A stretch of 64,000 nucleotides of DNA from positions 5,622 to 69,621 of the forward strand of contig JABHZY010000015.1 of the NCBI GenBank assembly GCA_018656065.1, read 5' to 3'. The notes beneath the pieces are model-generated. The model ran no database searches. It had not been told where the DNA came from and saw only the letters and a list, made by a program, of their open reading frames with translations. The position numbers and the translations under genes are program-made. The stretch is from Candidatus Komeilibacteria bacterium (GTDB lineage Bacteria > Patescibacteriota > Patescibacteriia > UBA1558 > GWA2-36-10). Below are positions 1 through 8,719 of this stretch, piece by piece; position 1 is the stretch's first letter, and the number at the start of each line of letters is the position of its first letter.

Positions 1-247
1 CCAATTCTTCTTTTAATTCAATTGTGAGATTTCCTGGACCGCAAGCTAAATCAATCCCTGTAATTTCATCTGGATTTTCTAGTTCTTCTTCTGAAAAAGC
101 TAAAGTAGAATCTATAACTTTATGACCTATAGTTTTTTGAGAAGAGGAGTGGCGTTCATATTCATCACTCATGTGAAAATGTTGGTCTGATTCAGCTTCT
201 GCACTTTTTGATTTATTTCCTTTTAGCTCAAATGTTGGTTCTTTCAT
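1..247 (-). CDS. Class I SAM-dependent methyltransferase, N-terminal part (gene continues beyond window start)
   Basis: Minus-strand ATG at 245-247, open to position 1. My translation MKEPTFELKGNKSKS...ITGIDLACGPGNLTIELKEEL contains a motif-I-like IDLACGPGN (hhDhGxGxG). Not in the supplied ORF track. Confidence 0.5.
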   Translation of the reverse strand, partial: MKEPTFELKGNKSKSAEAESDQHFHMSDEYERHSSSQKTIGHKVIDSTLAFSEEELENPDEITGIDLACGPGNLTIELKEEL

Positions 248-291
248 ATGTTTGAATTTATATTATTAGCTTACTTCATTCAATAAAAAAT

Positions 292-324
292 GACAAACAA
301 AATAGCCCTCGGAGGGGAGGGCTA
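292..324 (-). terminator. Intrinsic terminator of the Tmk-like::DUF1846 gene (TAGCCC...GGGCTA stem family)
   Basis: Stem TAGCCCTC (303-310) / GAGGGCTA (317-324), followed on the minus strand by ATTTTGTTTGTCATTTTTT. Confidence 0.6.
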
Positions 325-337
325 AAATGGGAAGTAT

Positions 338-2038
338 TTATTTTATTTGATAAATTTCATTAAATTTACCTAATACTTTACGAGCAATATCTACAGTTTC
401 AATTTTTTCTATACCTTGGTCTACTTCACCCTCGTATCTTAATATTCTAGCAATAATTTCTTGACGGCAAGATTCCACTACAAGGTCCATATCAGCTATT
501 CCATCAACTATTCTATTAATACCCATATCTACAGCATCTTTTGTATCAGATAATTCTTCATTTTTCCCGAAGAGTTTAAATAATTTTTTTAATAAAATAA
601 AATTTTCTATATCTTTATCATAACTTGTTCTAAATTTTTTTTGTCCTTTGGTTCTAACATCTAAAACATGATTATCAAGATCTGCTGTAGCTGCCTCAAA
701 AGCAAGGTTGAGAGCATGAGTAGTTTCTAGTTGGTAAATTGGGAATGTTTCAAATTTAACATAATTTGGTGTTTGGCCGGAGGTTAATGAACGATACATT
801 TCAGATAATAATACTCCAAATTTACCACTGCCTCCTCCAGGACTTATTACAACTAGATTACCATCATCAACCCTGACAGGGTCATTTTTTTCGAAAGGGT
901 TGTTTCCCTCTGTAAAAATTTCAACATTAGGGTATTTTTCAATTCCAAAATTTGTCAAAAGATTAACATTTATTTTGTGTAAATCTTCTCTAAATTTATC
1001 TATTCTTCTTTTGTTACCCGAAGTCATCTCTCTAGGTGTAACAGCTAGAACAACCTTATCTATTGGGATTTGTTTTTTGTGTGCCTCTTCAATTAATCTA
1101 ATTGTTTCTCTATCATAAATGAGGCCAGAATCTCCACGAATTCTACCTTTTGGCTTTCTCCCGTCTGGCTGAGATAGTATATCAAGAGAATTTACTACCA
1201 TTACAACGTCGGCAAGCTTAACTACTTCTCTTAGTATTTCCGCTTTGCAGTCAGCTTCATATCCAGGCATGACTCTTTCAGCATGGCGGTCGTCAAATGG
1301 CTTTCCACCAAATTCTAAGAAAGCTGGTTTGTTTGGTTTGCTAGTAAGCGCTTCATAAAATTTTTCTGTTTGACTTTCTAGATATTTAGGTGAATTGAAG
1401 CCTTGCTTGGGGTTTTTCTGATTAATAATATGGTCAATAATTTTTTTGGCTACCTGAGTAGCATCTAAAGTGCCCGTGTCTACATGTAATACAGAATCTT
1501 TAGCTGATTCCTCAGATGTTTTTAATAGATAATCTTCAAAATATCCAAGTCGTGTGTCAGGATTTTTCTCTTCCAAATCTCTTTCGTTTAATACCCCTCT
1601 ATCATTAAGTCTTTCGCGTCTTTTAGATTCTTCAAGTAATAATATAACTTTTAAATCTGGCTGTACCATAGGAAATTTAGCCTCTAGCTCTTCTAGCTTT
1701 TCTTTTTCAATGCCAAGGTGTGAAAAATGAGCTTTTATGTCATCAAGGTACCTACTTTTGACCACGTGATAACCTTGAGATAATAATTCTTCTATCTGAT
1801 CACTGTGATACATCATAGATTCTAAGTAGGCAGCTAATTCATCTTCTAATATTCCGGAGTCCCTAGCTTCCTTTTTTCTAGTAGTATGTGGATTTTCAAG
1901 ATCCTCTTTATAATCATCGTAGTTTATAGTTTTTTTACCAGATTTATTTAGGGTTTCTACTAGCTCCTTTGTGGTAGTTGTTTTTCCTGTGCCATCTATT
2001 CCATGTATAGAAACAAATTCTCCCATTTTTTCGGACAT
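338..2038 (-). CDS. Thymidylate-kinase-like P-loop domain fused to a DUF1846/UPF0371 domain
   Basis: 566-aa ORF. The N-terminus has FVSIHGIDGTGKTT, SRYLDD and PDLKVILLL (Tmk/dNK-like). From about residue 210, EFGGKPFDDRHAERVMPGYE, VVISPGGGSGKF and VKFETFPIYQLETTHALNLAFEAATADL match my recollection of UPF0371/DUF1846. Confidence 0.7.
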   Translation of the reverse strand: MSEKMGEFVSIHGIDGTGKTTTTKELVETLNKSGKKTINYDDYKEDLENPHTTRKKEARDSGILEDELAAYLESMMYHSDQIEELLSQGYHVVKSRYLDDIKAHFSHLGIEKEKLEELEAKFPMVQPDLKVILLLEESKRRERLNDRGVLNERDLEEKNPDTRLGYFEDYLLKTSEESAKDSVLHVDTGTLDATQVAKKIIDHIINQKNPKQGFNSPKYLESQTEKFYEALTSKPNKPAFLEFGGKPFDDRHAERVMPGYEADCKAEILREVVKLADVVMVVNSLDILSQPDGRKPKGRIRGDSGLIYDRETIRLIEEAHKKQIPIDKVVLAVTPREMTSGNKRRIDKFREDLHKINVNLLTNFGIEKYPNVEIFTEGNNPFEKNDPVRVDDGNLVVISPGGGSGKFGVLLSEMYRSLTSGQTPNYVKFETFPIYQLETTHALNLAFEAATADLDNHVLDVRTKGQKKFRTSYDKDIENFILLKKLFKLFGKNEELSDTKDAVDMGINRIVDGIADMDLVVESCRQEIIARILRYEGEVDQGIEKIETVDIARKVLGKFNEIYQIK

Positions 2039-2039
2039 A

Positions 2040-2585
2040 TTAGATTATTTTAGACGTATTATGGTAGATATTTTTTATAGAGGTATATTTTGGTTTACAT
2101 TTTTTCTTGTAGGATGTAATAGATATTTTATCAAAGCCTGCTTCTAGGTATTTAATACCCCAAGCTAAGCGTTCTTCGTAGCTAGTTTTTTTACACATTA
2201 GCATAAATGCTTCATGGTATTCTATTTTTGACCCAGCGTCAGCGGAACGAACAATTTGTTCTTCGATAGACTTGGGGGTATTTTTTGAGTTATGTGACAA
2301 AATACAAGCGTATATTTTTTCTTTTTCTTTTTCATTAAATTTAGAATCTTCTAAAATTTTTTCAGCCATTCTTTTTCCGGTTTGAGGGTGTTTTTCGCTT
2401 CCTCTTTCTTTTCCTCTGCCAATATCATGTAATAAACAAGCGGTCTCAATAATCTTAGGATTAACATCGTATTTTTTTGTTATTTCCATGGCAATTTTAA
2501 CTACATATTGTATATGACAAGAATATTCTTTCTTTTTTTCTGATAATAGAATATTTAGTATTCTTTCTTTTAATTTTTTGTTCAT
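2040..2585 (-). CDS. HD-domain phosphohydrolase
   Basis: 181-aa ORF with CLLHDIGR (HD motif). One nt separates it from the downstream fusion gene, so the two are probably co-transcribed. Confidence 0.75.
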   Translation of the reverse strand: MNKKLKERILNILLSEKKKEYSCHIQYVVKIAMEITKKYDVNPKIIETACLLHDIGRGKERGSEKHPQTGKRMAEKILEDSKFNEKEKEKIYACILSHNSKNTPKSIEEQIVRSADAGSKIEYHEAFMLMCKKTSYEERLAWGIKYLEAGFDKISITSYKKKCKPKYTSIKNIYHNTSKII

Positions 2586-2605
2586 AATTTAAGTTTAAAT
2601 TTTAT

Positions 2606-2650
2606 ATGGCCCAGGCCATCCTCTCTGGCTCCGCCATTCACCTTGCACTT
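2606..2650 (-). promoter_or_regulatory. Conserved 45-nt 5' UTR element, copy 1 (second copy at 21396-21440)
   Basis: 36/45 identical to 21396-21440. Both copies are in the sense orientation about 20 nt upstream of a minus-strand start codon and begin a few nt after a plausible -10 (TTGTCT-N17-TAAGAT here). Contains two small hairpins, one with a compensatory G-C to A-U change between copies. Confidence 0.45.
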
Positions 2651-2686
2651 ATCTTACTAGATTAGCCAAAATTAGACAAATAAAAA

Positions 2687-2709
2687 TAGCCCGTCAGAGG
2701 GAAGGGCTA
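2687..2709 (-). terminator. Intrinsic terminator (TAGCCC...GGGCTA stem family)
   Basis: TAGCCC (2687-2692) pairs with GGGCTA (2704-2709). The minus strand continues TATTTTTATTTG. Lies just downstream of the 2724-4148 gene. Confidence 0.6.
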
Positions 2710-2723
2710 AATGGAGGAGGGTA

Positions 2724-4148
2724 TTATTTTATTTTTATTATACCCTTATCGGCATCAACTTTTATTATATCTCCATCTTTTAATAATTTGGTAGCGTTTT
2801 TTGTACCTATGATGCAAGGTTTTTTCATTTCTCTAGCAATAATAGCGGCATGACACGTGATGCCACCTTCGTCAGTTATAAATGCGGCAGCTTTTTCCAG
2901 CGCGGGAATAAAATTGGGTGTGGTCATAATAGCAACAACAATATCTCCTTTTTTGACCTTCATATTATCTTTGGCACTTTTTATTATTTTTACCTTTCCA
3001 GTTGCTTTTCCTAGAAATCCTGTTTGGCCACTTATTTTTTTAGTGGTTTTTAAATTTTGTTTTAATATTGGTCGTTGTTTTATATATTTTAAGGCGTCAG
3101 TAGATTCTAAAACAATATTTTGATTGTAGTCAAAAAATACCAAGAATCCTTTTTTTCTTTTTTTAATGCAAGTTAGATAATTAAACTTATTTTTTAAAGA
3201 TAAGAGTACTTCCGATGCACTAAGGTATAATAAGTCGTTATAAGTAATTTTGAGTTCAGTAGCAATTTTTTTTATAAGTGGCAGAACATAGTATGAAGAT
3301 TCTTGAAAAAAATCAGTGCGTTGAGTTCTTAAAAAAACTATATTTCTTATTAATTCAACTATTTCTTTATCTTTTTTGCTAAAATTTTTAGTAACTTTAT
3401 TTATTTGGAGTTCTCTTGTTTGACGTGAGCTTACTATTTTTTCTAATTCTAGCCTGGCTTTAACAGGAGTATAATTTTTTAATCTTTGAAGAACTAATTC
3501 TTTTGTCCAAGGTTTACCAATAAAGAATCTGAGTGCCAGCCAGCTGTATTTTTTGACGTGCTTATTAATTGAAACTGAATCTTTTTTAACACCAAGACAT
3601 AAAAATTCATTTTTTTCTTTTTCGATAGCCGTCAAACGATTTGAAGTTGTTATTAGTTCTAATAGGGTGTTATATTCTTTTTTATTTTTGCTGTATTTTT
3701 TGACAAGTTTATTGGTTAAATCTGAAATCATATCTTCAAATAAGGCAATGTTTTGAAAAATCATATAATTGTTAGCTTCTGATAAATATTTTTTCAGCAG
3801 TTTATGCATTTGTTTCTTATCGAGATATTTTTTATCAGATTGCTTTTTTATATCTTTTGAAGTTTGAATTAATTGATTACCATATTCAAAACATTTTTTT
3901 ATCAGTTTTTTGGTATATGTTTCGTTATTCTTTTTTAAGAGAGTAGTGTTTATTTTGTCTAAATCAGATTTTTTAATAAAAAAATAATTATTGGTATATA
4001 TCCATCTAACACCATTTTGCCAGCCTAGTATTTTTGTCAGATTTACTTTATCCAACATACCACGAACAATGATAGATGAAGCAAAATATGGCTCAATTCT
4101 TTCGCCAAAGTATACTAAATCTTTATTTTTTATGCTCTCAATTTTCAT
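2724..4148 (-). CDS. PEP-utilising-enzyme mobile (phosphohistidine swivel) domain protein with unrecognised 380-aa N-terminal region
   Basis: 474-aa ORF. The C-terminus has GDIVVAIMTTPNFIPALEKAAAFITDEGGITCHAAIIAREMKKPCIIG, the PEP_mobile signature with catalytic His in TCH. Confidence 0.65.
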   Translation of the reverse strand: MKIESIKNKDLVYFGERIEPYFASSIIVRGMLDKVNLTKILGWQNGVRWIYTNNYFFIKKSDLDKINTTLLKKNNETYTKKLIKKCFEYGNQLIQTSKDIKKQSDKKYLDKKQMHKLLKKYLSEANNYMIFQNIALFEDMISDLTNKLVKKYSKNKKEYNTLLELITTSNRLTAIEKEKNEFLCLGVKKDSVSINKHVKKYSWLALRFFIGKPWTKELVLQRLKNYTPVKARLELEKIVSSRQTRELQINKVTKNFSKKDKEIVELIRNIVFLRTQRTDFFQESSYYVLPLIKKIATELKITYNDLLYLSASEVLLSLKNKFNYLTCIKKRKKGFLVFFDYNQNIVLESTDALKYIKQRPILKQNLKTTKKISGQTGFLGKATGKVKIIKSAKDNMKVKKGDIVVAIMTTPNFIPALEKAAAFITDEGGITCHAAIIAREMKKPCIIGTKNATKLLKDGDIIKVDADKGIIKIK

Positions 4149-4154
4149 GTATTT

Positions 4155-4163
4155 ATTTTAGCA
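4155..4163 (-). promoter_or_regulatory. Extended -10 promoter TGcTAAAAT placed 6 nt before the ATG (leaderless geometry)
   Basis: The minus strand reads TGCTAAAAT-AAATAC-ATG (ATG at 4146-4148). Confidence 0.4.
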
Positions 4164-4295
4164 CAAATTCTTCTCTTTGTACTTTTTTAGAAAAAGTACC
4201 AAAAATTTCTCGCTGCAGAAAAATCTAAATAATTTATTGCTTCTAGTCGCTTTTTTGTGAACTCGCCCTCGCTTCGCTCGAAGCTCAGACAGCAC

Positions 4296-4322
4296 AAAAA
4301 TAGCCCCGCCCAAGGGCGAGGC
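4296..4322 (-). terminator. Intrinsic terminator of the Fic gene
   Basis: GC-rich hairpin at 4303-4322 (GCCCCGCC / GGCGAGGC, one mismatch), followed on the minus strand by TATTTTTGTG. Confidence 0.5.
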
Positions 4323-4373
4323 AAGCGTGACTATACGCAGCTAAATTATAAGATTGTTTATGATGCGAGGGAT

Positions 4374-5573
4374 TTATTTTAAATTTTTTAGTTTATAAAG
4401 ATTTTTATAATCCCGTTCTTTAAATAGGTCTATGTATTTTGTATAGACAAATACTCTATCTCGGAGCTTTATATTTAGAGGTGTAAGGATTTTAAGATCA
4501 ACCATTTTTTCCACTAGGTTATTAGCATTAGCAAAAGTTATACCAGTCATACGACTAGCGTCATTTACAGTGATAATAGGATTACCAAATAATTCTTCTA
4601 AAAGTAATATAGCATTTTTTGATGATTGTGCACTTAATTCTGATAAACGCTTCATGTCTTTTTCTTTGAGAGAGTTAATTTTTTTTGCAGTTATCACAGC
4701 TTGCTCTGCTACAACCCATACACCCTCTAGAAAAAATTTACACCAACTTTCATAATCGCCTTTTTCATGCACATTATCAAGTCTATTGTAATATTCTTTT
4801 TGAAATACTTTGAAATATTCAGATAAATATAAGGCAGGCTTATTTAGTAAACGATAATGACATAATAATAATGTAATTAATAATCTTCCAATTCTACCAT
4901 TTCCATCAAGGAAAGGATGGATATTCTCAAATTGTGTATGAATTAATGCTATTTTAATTAATGGTGGCAACGGATTAGTGTCGTGTAAAAATTTTTCTAG
5001 ATTTGTTAGAGAAGCTTGCATATTATCAACTGTTGGTGGTATATAACTAGCAGTGTTTATGGTTGCACCGCCAATCCAATTTTGAGAAGTTCTAAATTCA
5101 CCAGGAGTTTTATGTTGACCTCTAACGCCAACCATTAATTTATTATGTATATCTTTAATTAATCTTAAGGTTAATGGAAAGTCGTCTTGTCGGATTTTTT
5201 TCAAACCAAAATTTAATGCATCAGTGTAATTAATAATTTCTTCATAATCTTTAGGAATTTCATCGTCAGTAGCACCTGCTTCAGCTTTAGCTACGTCCAT
5301 AAATGTTGCCTGAGTTCCTTCAATTTGACTTGATAGAGTAGCTTCTTTTCTAAGATAAGACAAGATAAAGAAATCAGAGTCTGGTAATAAATCTGTTGCC
5401 ATATCTAATGCACCTAAGGCTCTATCAGCATTTGATAGTAGCGTTTGCATTTTGTCATCTATGATTAATGGAGGGCTAGGGGGTAAGGTGGAGGGAATAA
5501 AAGCCTGATAAGCTGTTTCTTTGCTTTGGACTTGTTGATATTTTCCAGCTCTATTTAAGGAGGTCTTTTTCAT
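4374..5573 (-). CDS. Fic family protein (class II, with N-terminal inhibitory motif and C-terminal wHTH-like region)
   Basis: HPFLDGNGRIGR core motif. SSQIEG matches the [ST]xxxE[GN] inhibitory helix. Start moved to MKKTSLNRAG (ATG at 5571-5573), because the longer track ORF would read through an upstream 13-bp inverted repeat. Confidence 0.8.
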   Translation of the reverse strand: MKKTSLNRAGKYQQVQSKETAYQAFIPSTLPPSPPLIIDDKMQTLLSNADRALGALDMATDLLPDSDFFILSYLRKEATLSSQIEGTQATFMDVAKAEAGATDDEIPKDYEEIINYTDALNFGLKKIRQDDFPLTLRLIKDIHNKLMVGVRGQHKTPGEFRTSQNWIGGATINTASYIPPTVDNMQASLTNLEKFLHDTNPLPPLIKIALIHTQFENIHPFLDGNGRIGRLLITLLLCHYRLLNKPALYLSEYFKVFQKEYYNRLDNVHEKGDYESWCKFFLEGVWVVAEQAVITAKKINSLKEKDMKRLSELSAQSSKNAILLLEELFGNPIITVNDASRMTGITFANANNLVEKMVDLKILTPLNIKLRDRVFVYTKYIDLFKERDYKNLYKLKNLK

Positions 5574-5592
5574 AACGATAATATAGTTTATT

Positions 5593-5626
5593 ATTATTAT
5601 CGATTTTATCAATAATCGATAATAAT
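5593..5626. promoter_or_regulatory. Perfect 13-bp inverted repeat upstream of the Fic gene (candidate operator)
   Basis: ATTATTATCGATT (5593-5605), 8-nt spacer, AATCGATAATAAT (5614-5626). Lies 20-53 nt upstream of the proposed start. Confidence 0.35.
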
Positions 5627-5675
5627 GTCAAGTCTAATTATTGTTGGAAAATTTTGTAAAAATAATTTAAATCAA

Positions 5676-5697
5676 AAACCCCGTTTTCACAGGGTTT
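5676..5697 (-). terminator. Intrinsic terminator of nrdJ
   Basis: AAACCC (5676-5681) / GGGTTT (5692-5697). U-rich on the minus strand downstream. Confidence 0.5.
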
Positions 5698-5705
5698 AAA
5701 TAATT

Positions 5706-8645
5706 TTATTTCATATCACAAGCGCCTTTCATACCACATTGCTTGGAGCATTCGGTACAGCCGCCAAATTTTACCATGATGCCTTTCTTGCACTGTGGGC
5801 AGGTTTGGCCAACGGCAGTGCCGTAGTTGGCGTCGTCATCCTCAGGTAATTCTATATCAGCGTGTTTGCGAGGATTTTGCATTTCAGTAATTTCTTCTTT
5901 AACAGCTTCTTTGAATGGTTCCATTTGTTCTTGCTTGGTAACTTCTCGATCACCATTGTAAGCTAGATTTTTTTCTTCAGTATCAGCTTCGGTAGTAAGG
6001 ACTTGTTCATCACGAGAGCTATCTCTATAAATAGTCACTCCTTTACAACCAAGCTCGTAGGCTTTTTCATAAAGTTGAGCAGTTTGTTCAATAGTATAGT
6101 CAGCTGGAGCATTGGCAGTTTTAGAAATAGAGGAGTCAGTCCATTTTTGAACAGCGGCTTGGACTTTGACATGCTCTAGAGGATCTAGTTCCATAGCTGA
6201 GACAAAGAATTTTGGCAAAGAGCCATTACTCTTATATTCTTGAGCTAGTGGAATCAATACTTCATGGAAACCTAGTCTAGATTGTCTATAGAATTTAAAA
6301 GCATAGTAAGGTTCAATACCAGTTGAAGTTGATAACATTGAACCAACAGTACCAGTTGGAGCTTGAGTAGTTAAAGCAACATTACGGATTCCATTTTCTC
6401 TAACCATTTGTCTAACGTCTTCTGGCATTTTTTTCATAAAGCCAGAGTCTAGGAATTTATCAGCGTTGAATTTAGGGAAAGCGCCTTTTTCAGCAGCAAT
6501 TCTAGATGACTCTTTATACATTTCAGAGGTAATAGCTTTGTATAGCTCGTCTATAAAAACTAGAGATTCATCTGAACCATAACGCATGCGGAGTTTAATT
6601 AGCATTTCGCCTAAGCCTAGAGTACCACCGCCAACTCGACGTTCATTCTTTTGATTATCTTCGTTTTCTTGGAAATGATAGGGAGTTAAATCAATTATAT
6701 TATCTAAGAAGCGAGATAGAGTGCGAGCGGCTTTTTTAAGTTCCTCCCAATTTACTTCATAAGTTGGTCCTAATTCATCTTGACCATTTTCGTCTAGGAA
6801 TGAAGCTAGATATAAGTGGCCTAGATTACATACTCCCCAACCTGGTAAACCTTGTTCGCCACAGGGATTAGTACAAATTACTTTATTAAAATAGTATGAA
6901 TTAGATTCTTTATTATATCTTTCCATGAATACTATACCAGGTTCGGCACTAGCGTGAGCTGAAGCAACTAACTTATTCCAAAGATCACGAGCTTTGATAG
7001 TTTTGTAAACTTTAGTTGGGAAGCCAGCTTCTTTCCAAGCTTCTAGATCGCCAGTCCATTGTTGGTCATAGATATCTGAATAAGCAGGATCTTCATAGTC
7101 GGGGAATTCTAAATCCCAATTACTATCATTTTTAACAGCTTCCATAAAACCATCAGAAATCATGATTGAGATATTAGCATTTTCAATTTGACCAGCTACT
7201 GTTTTAGCAGAAATAAATTCAATCACATCTGGATGCCAATCCCATTGCATAAGCATCAAAGCACCACGACGTGAACCACCTTGTTCGATTAGGCCAGTGG
7301 CATAGGAAAATAGTCCGGCCCATGATACAGAACCAGATGATTTGCCGTGCACACCTTTAACATAAGCATAACGAGGACGAAGGGCTGACAAAGTCATGCC
7401 AACTCCACCGCCACGACTCATTACTTCTACCATTTGGTGTAGACTGTCTTTGACAATGGCTTTTCTAGAATCTAAGGGTGAAGGCAAAACATAGCAATTG
7501 AATAAAGTAAGATTGCCAGTGTAATTACCGTGTGGATCTACATTAGCGCCAGTCATGATACGTCCGCCAGGTTGAATATATTTTTTATCTAAAGCTTCAA
7601 AGAAATCTTCAAAATACTTTGTTTTATTTTCTTCAGTAGTCTCTACAGAAGCTACGGCTTTGGCAATACGACGATGAGCATCAGAAATAGCTTCGCGAGG
7701 TTTATCACATTTAAATATTTCTTGTTCAAATTCAAAATTATTTTCTTTGTCGGCATAGATGCCAGTTAGCATATGTAACTTAGCCTTATCAGCTGTGATC
7801 ATTTCTTTGATAATGCCTAAGTCCTTTTTAGGATATTTACGATCTTCTTTAGTAATAACAATTACTAGATCGCCGACATTAATATCATCTCGTTTGTCTT
7901 TAATAGAATAGCGATCTAAAAAAATAATTCTGCCTAATTCATCAAAATTAGTAGAATTATTAATAATATGTTTGGCTTGCTTAGAAAGATTAACGCCAGC
8001 TTCTTGTAATTTTTTTACTTCTTCAGAGGTAATTTGCTTACCTTCTTCCAAACGGATTTTTTTTCTTTGCTCACGATAGAGGATAAAGTGCTTAGCAGTA
8101 CTAGCCCAATTAGATTGGATTAGAATAATTTCAATAATATCTTGAATCTGCTCTACATTTGGAGTAAGGCGGTCGTTAAATTTGTGTTCTAGGATGGCAG
8201 TTACCACATCAGCCAATCTTTGAGCCTCTTGTCTATTATATTCCCCAGAAGTTTGTCCGCTTTTAAACAAAGCAGAAAAAATCTTGTCTTTATCAAAATC
8301 AACAACAGAGCCGTCTCTCTTTTTGATTTGTCTAACACCAGAAGCCATGTTTTTTTCTTTTACTAGCTTTTTCCCACGAGTTTTAAAGTAAATTTTAGCT
8401 ACTTCAATATGATTATTATCTAGTAGAGCTATATTAACGGCATTTCTAATATCATCAGTAGTAACAGTTTGATCAGCAGAGTAATTTTCTTCCAAATATT
8501 TGGTCACTTGTTTGGCAAGTTTGCCAGAAATTGGATTATCTTTTAGCCCCGTACTAGTAATAGCCTGAGAGAGAGAGGAGATTAGCTTAGATTGGTCAAA
8601 ATTTTCAGTTCGACCGTCTCGTTTTCTGATTTCTTTTAACTGCAT
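5706..8645 (-). CDS. nrdJ: Class II (adenosylcobalamin-dependent) ribonucleotide reductase with two N-terminal ATP-cone domains and a C-terminal Cys-rich zinc-ribbon tail
   Basis: 979-aa ORF. Two ATP-cone-like starts (IRKRDGRTENFD, IKKRDGSVVDFD), active-site TNPCGEQ, and C-terminal CPQCKKG...GGCTECSKQCG. Confidence 0.9.
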   Translation of the reverse strand: MQLKEIRKRDGRTENFDQSKLISSLSQAITSTGLKDNPISGKLAKQVTKYLEENYSADQTVTTDDIRNAVNIALLDNNHIEVAKIYFKTRGKKLVKEKNMASGVRQIKKRDGSVVDFDKDKIFSALFKSGQTSGEYNRQEAQRLADVVTAILEHKFNDRLTPNVEQIQDIIEIILIQSNWASTAKHFILYREQRKKIRLEEGKQITSEEVKKLQEAGVNLSKQAKHIINNSTNFDELGRIIFLDRYSIKDKRDDINVGDLVIVITKEDRKYPKKDLGIIKEMITADKAKLHMLTGIYADKENNFEFEQEIFKCDKPREAISDAHRRIAKAVASVETTEENKTKYFEDFFEALDKKYIQPGGRIMTGANVDPHGNYTGNLTLFNCYVLPSPLDSRKAIVKDSLHQMVEVMSRGGGVGMTLSALRPRYAYVKGVHGKSSGSVSWAGLFSYATGLIEQGGSRRGALMLMQWDWHPDVIEFISAKTVAGQIENANISIMISDGFMEAVKNDSNWDLEFPDYEDPAYSDIYDQQWTGDLEAWKEAGFPTKVYKTIKARDLWNKLVASAHASAEPGIVFMERYNKESNSYYFNKVICTNPCGEQGLPGWGVCNLGHLYLASFLDENGQDELGPTYEVNWEELKKAARTLSRFLDNIIDLTPYHFQENEDNQKNERRVGGGTLGLGEMLIKLRMRYGSDESLVFIDELYKAITSEMYKESSRIAAEKGAFPKFNADKFLDSGFMKKMPEDVRQMVRENGIRNVALTTQAPTGTVGSMLSTSTGIEPYYAFKFYRQSRLGFHEVLIPLAQEYKSNGSLPKFFVSAMELDPLEHVKVQAAVQKWTDSSISKTANAPADYTIEQTAQLYEKAYELGCKGVTIYRDSSRDEQVLTTEADTEEKNLAYNGDREVTKQEQMEPFKEAVKEEITEMQNPRKHADIELPEDDDANYGTAVGQTCPQCKKGIMVKFGGCTECSKQCGMKGACDMK

Positions 8646-8719
8646 GGGGGTATATTTTTATTATTTTTATTGATTTTATCGTTTCAGATAAAAAAAGGAC
8701 AAAAATTTTTAGCTCTTTT

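Noticed and set aside
5574-5612. Longer N-terminal extensions in the ORF track (Fic 5574-5612, HExxH gene 34097-34114, ECF sigma 50132-50170, histidine phosphatase 14434-14481)
   Set aside because: The extensions overlap promoters, an inverted repeat or the insertion boundary and encode implausible Ile/Tyr/Asn runs. The internal ATGs have better context.
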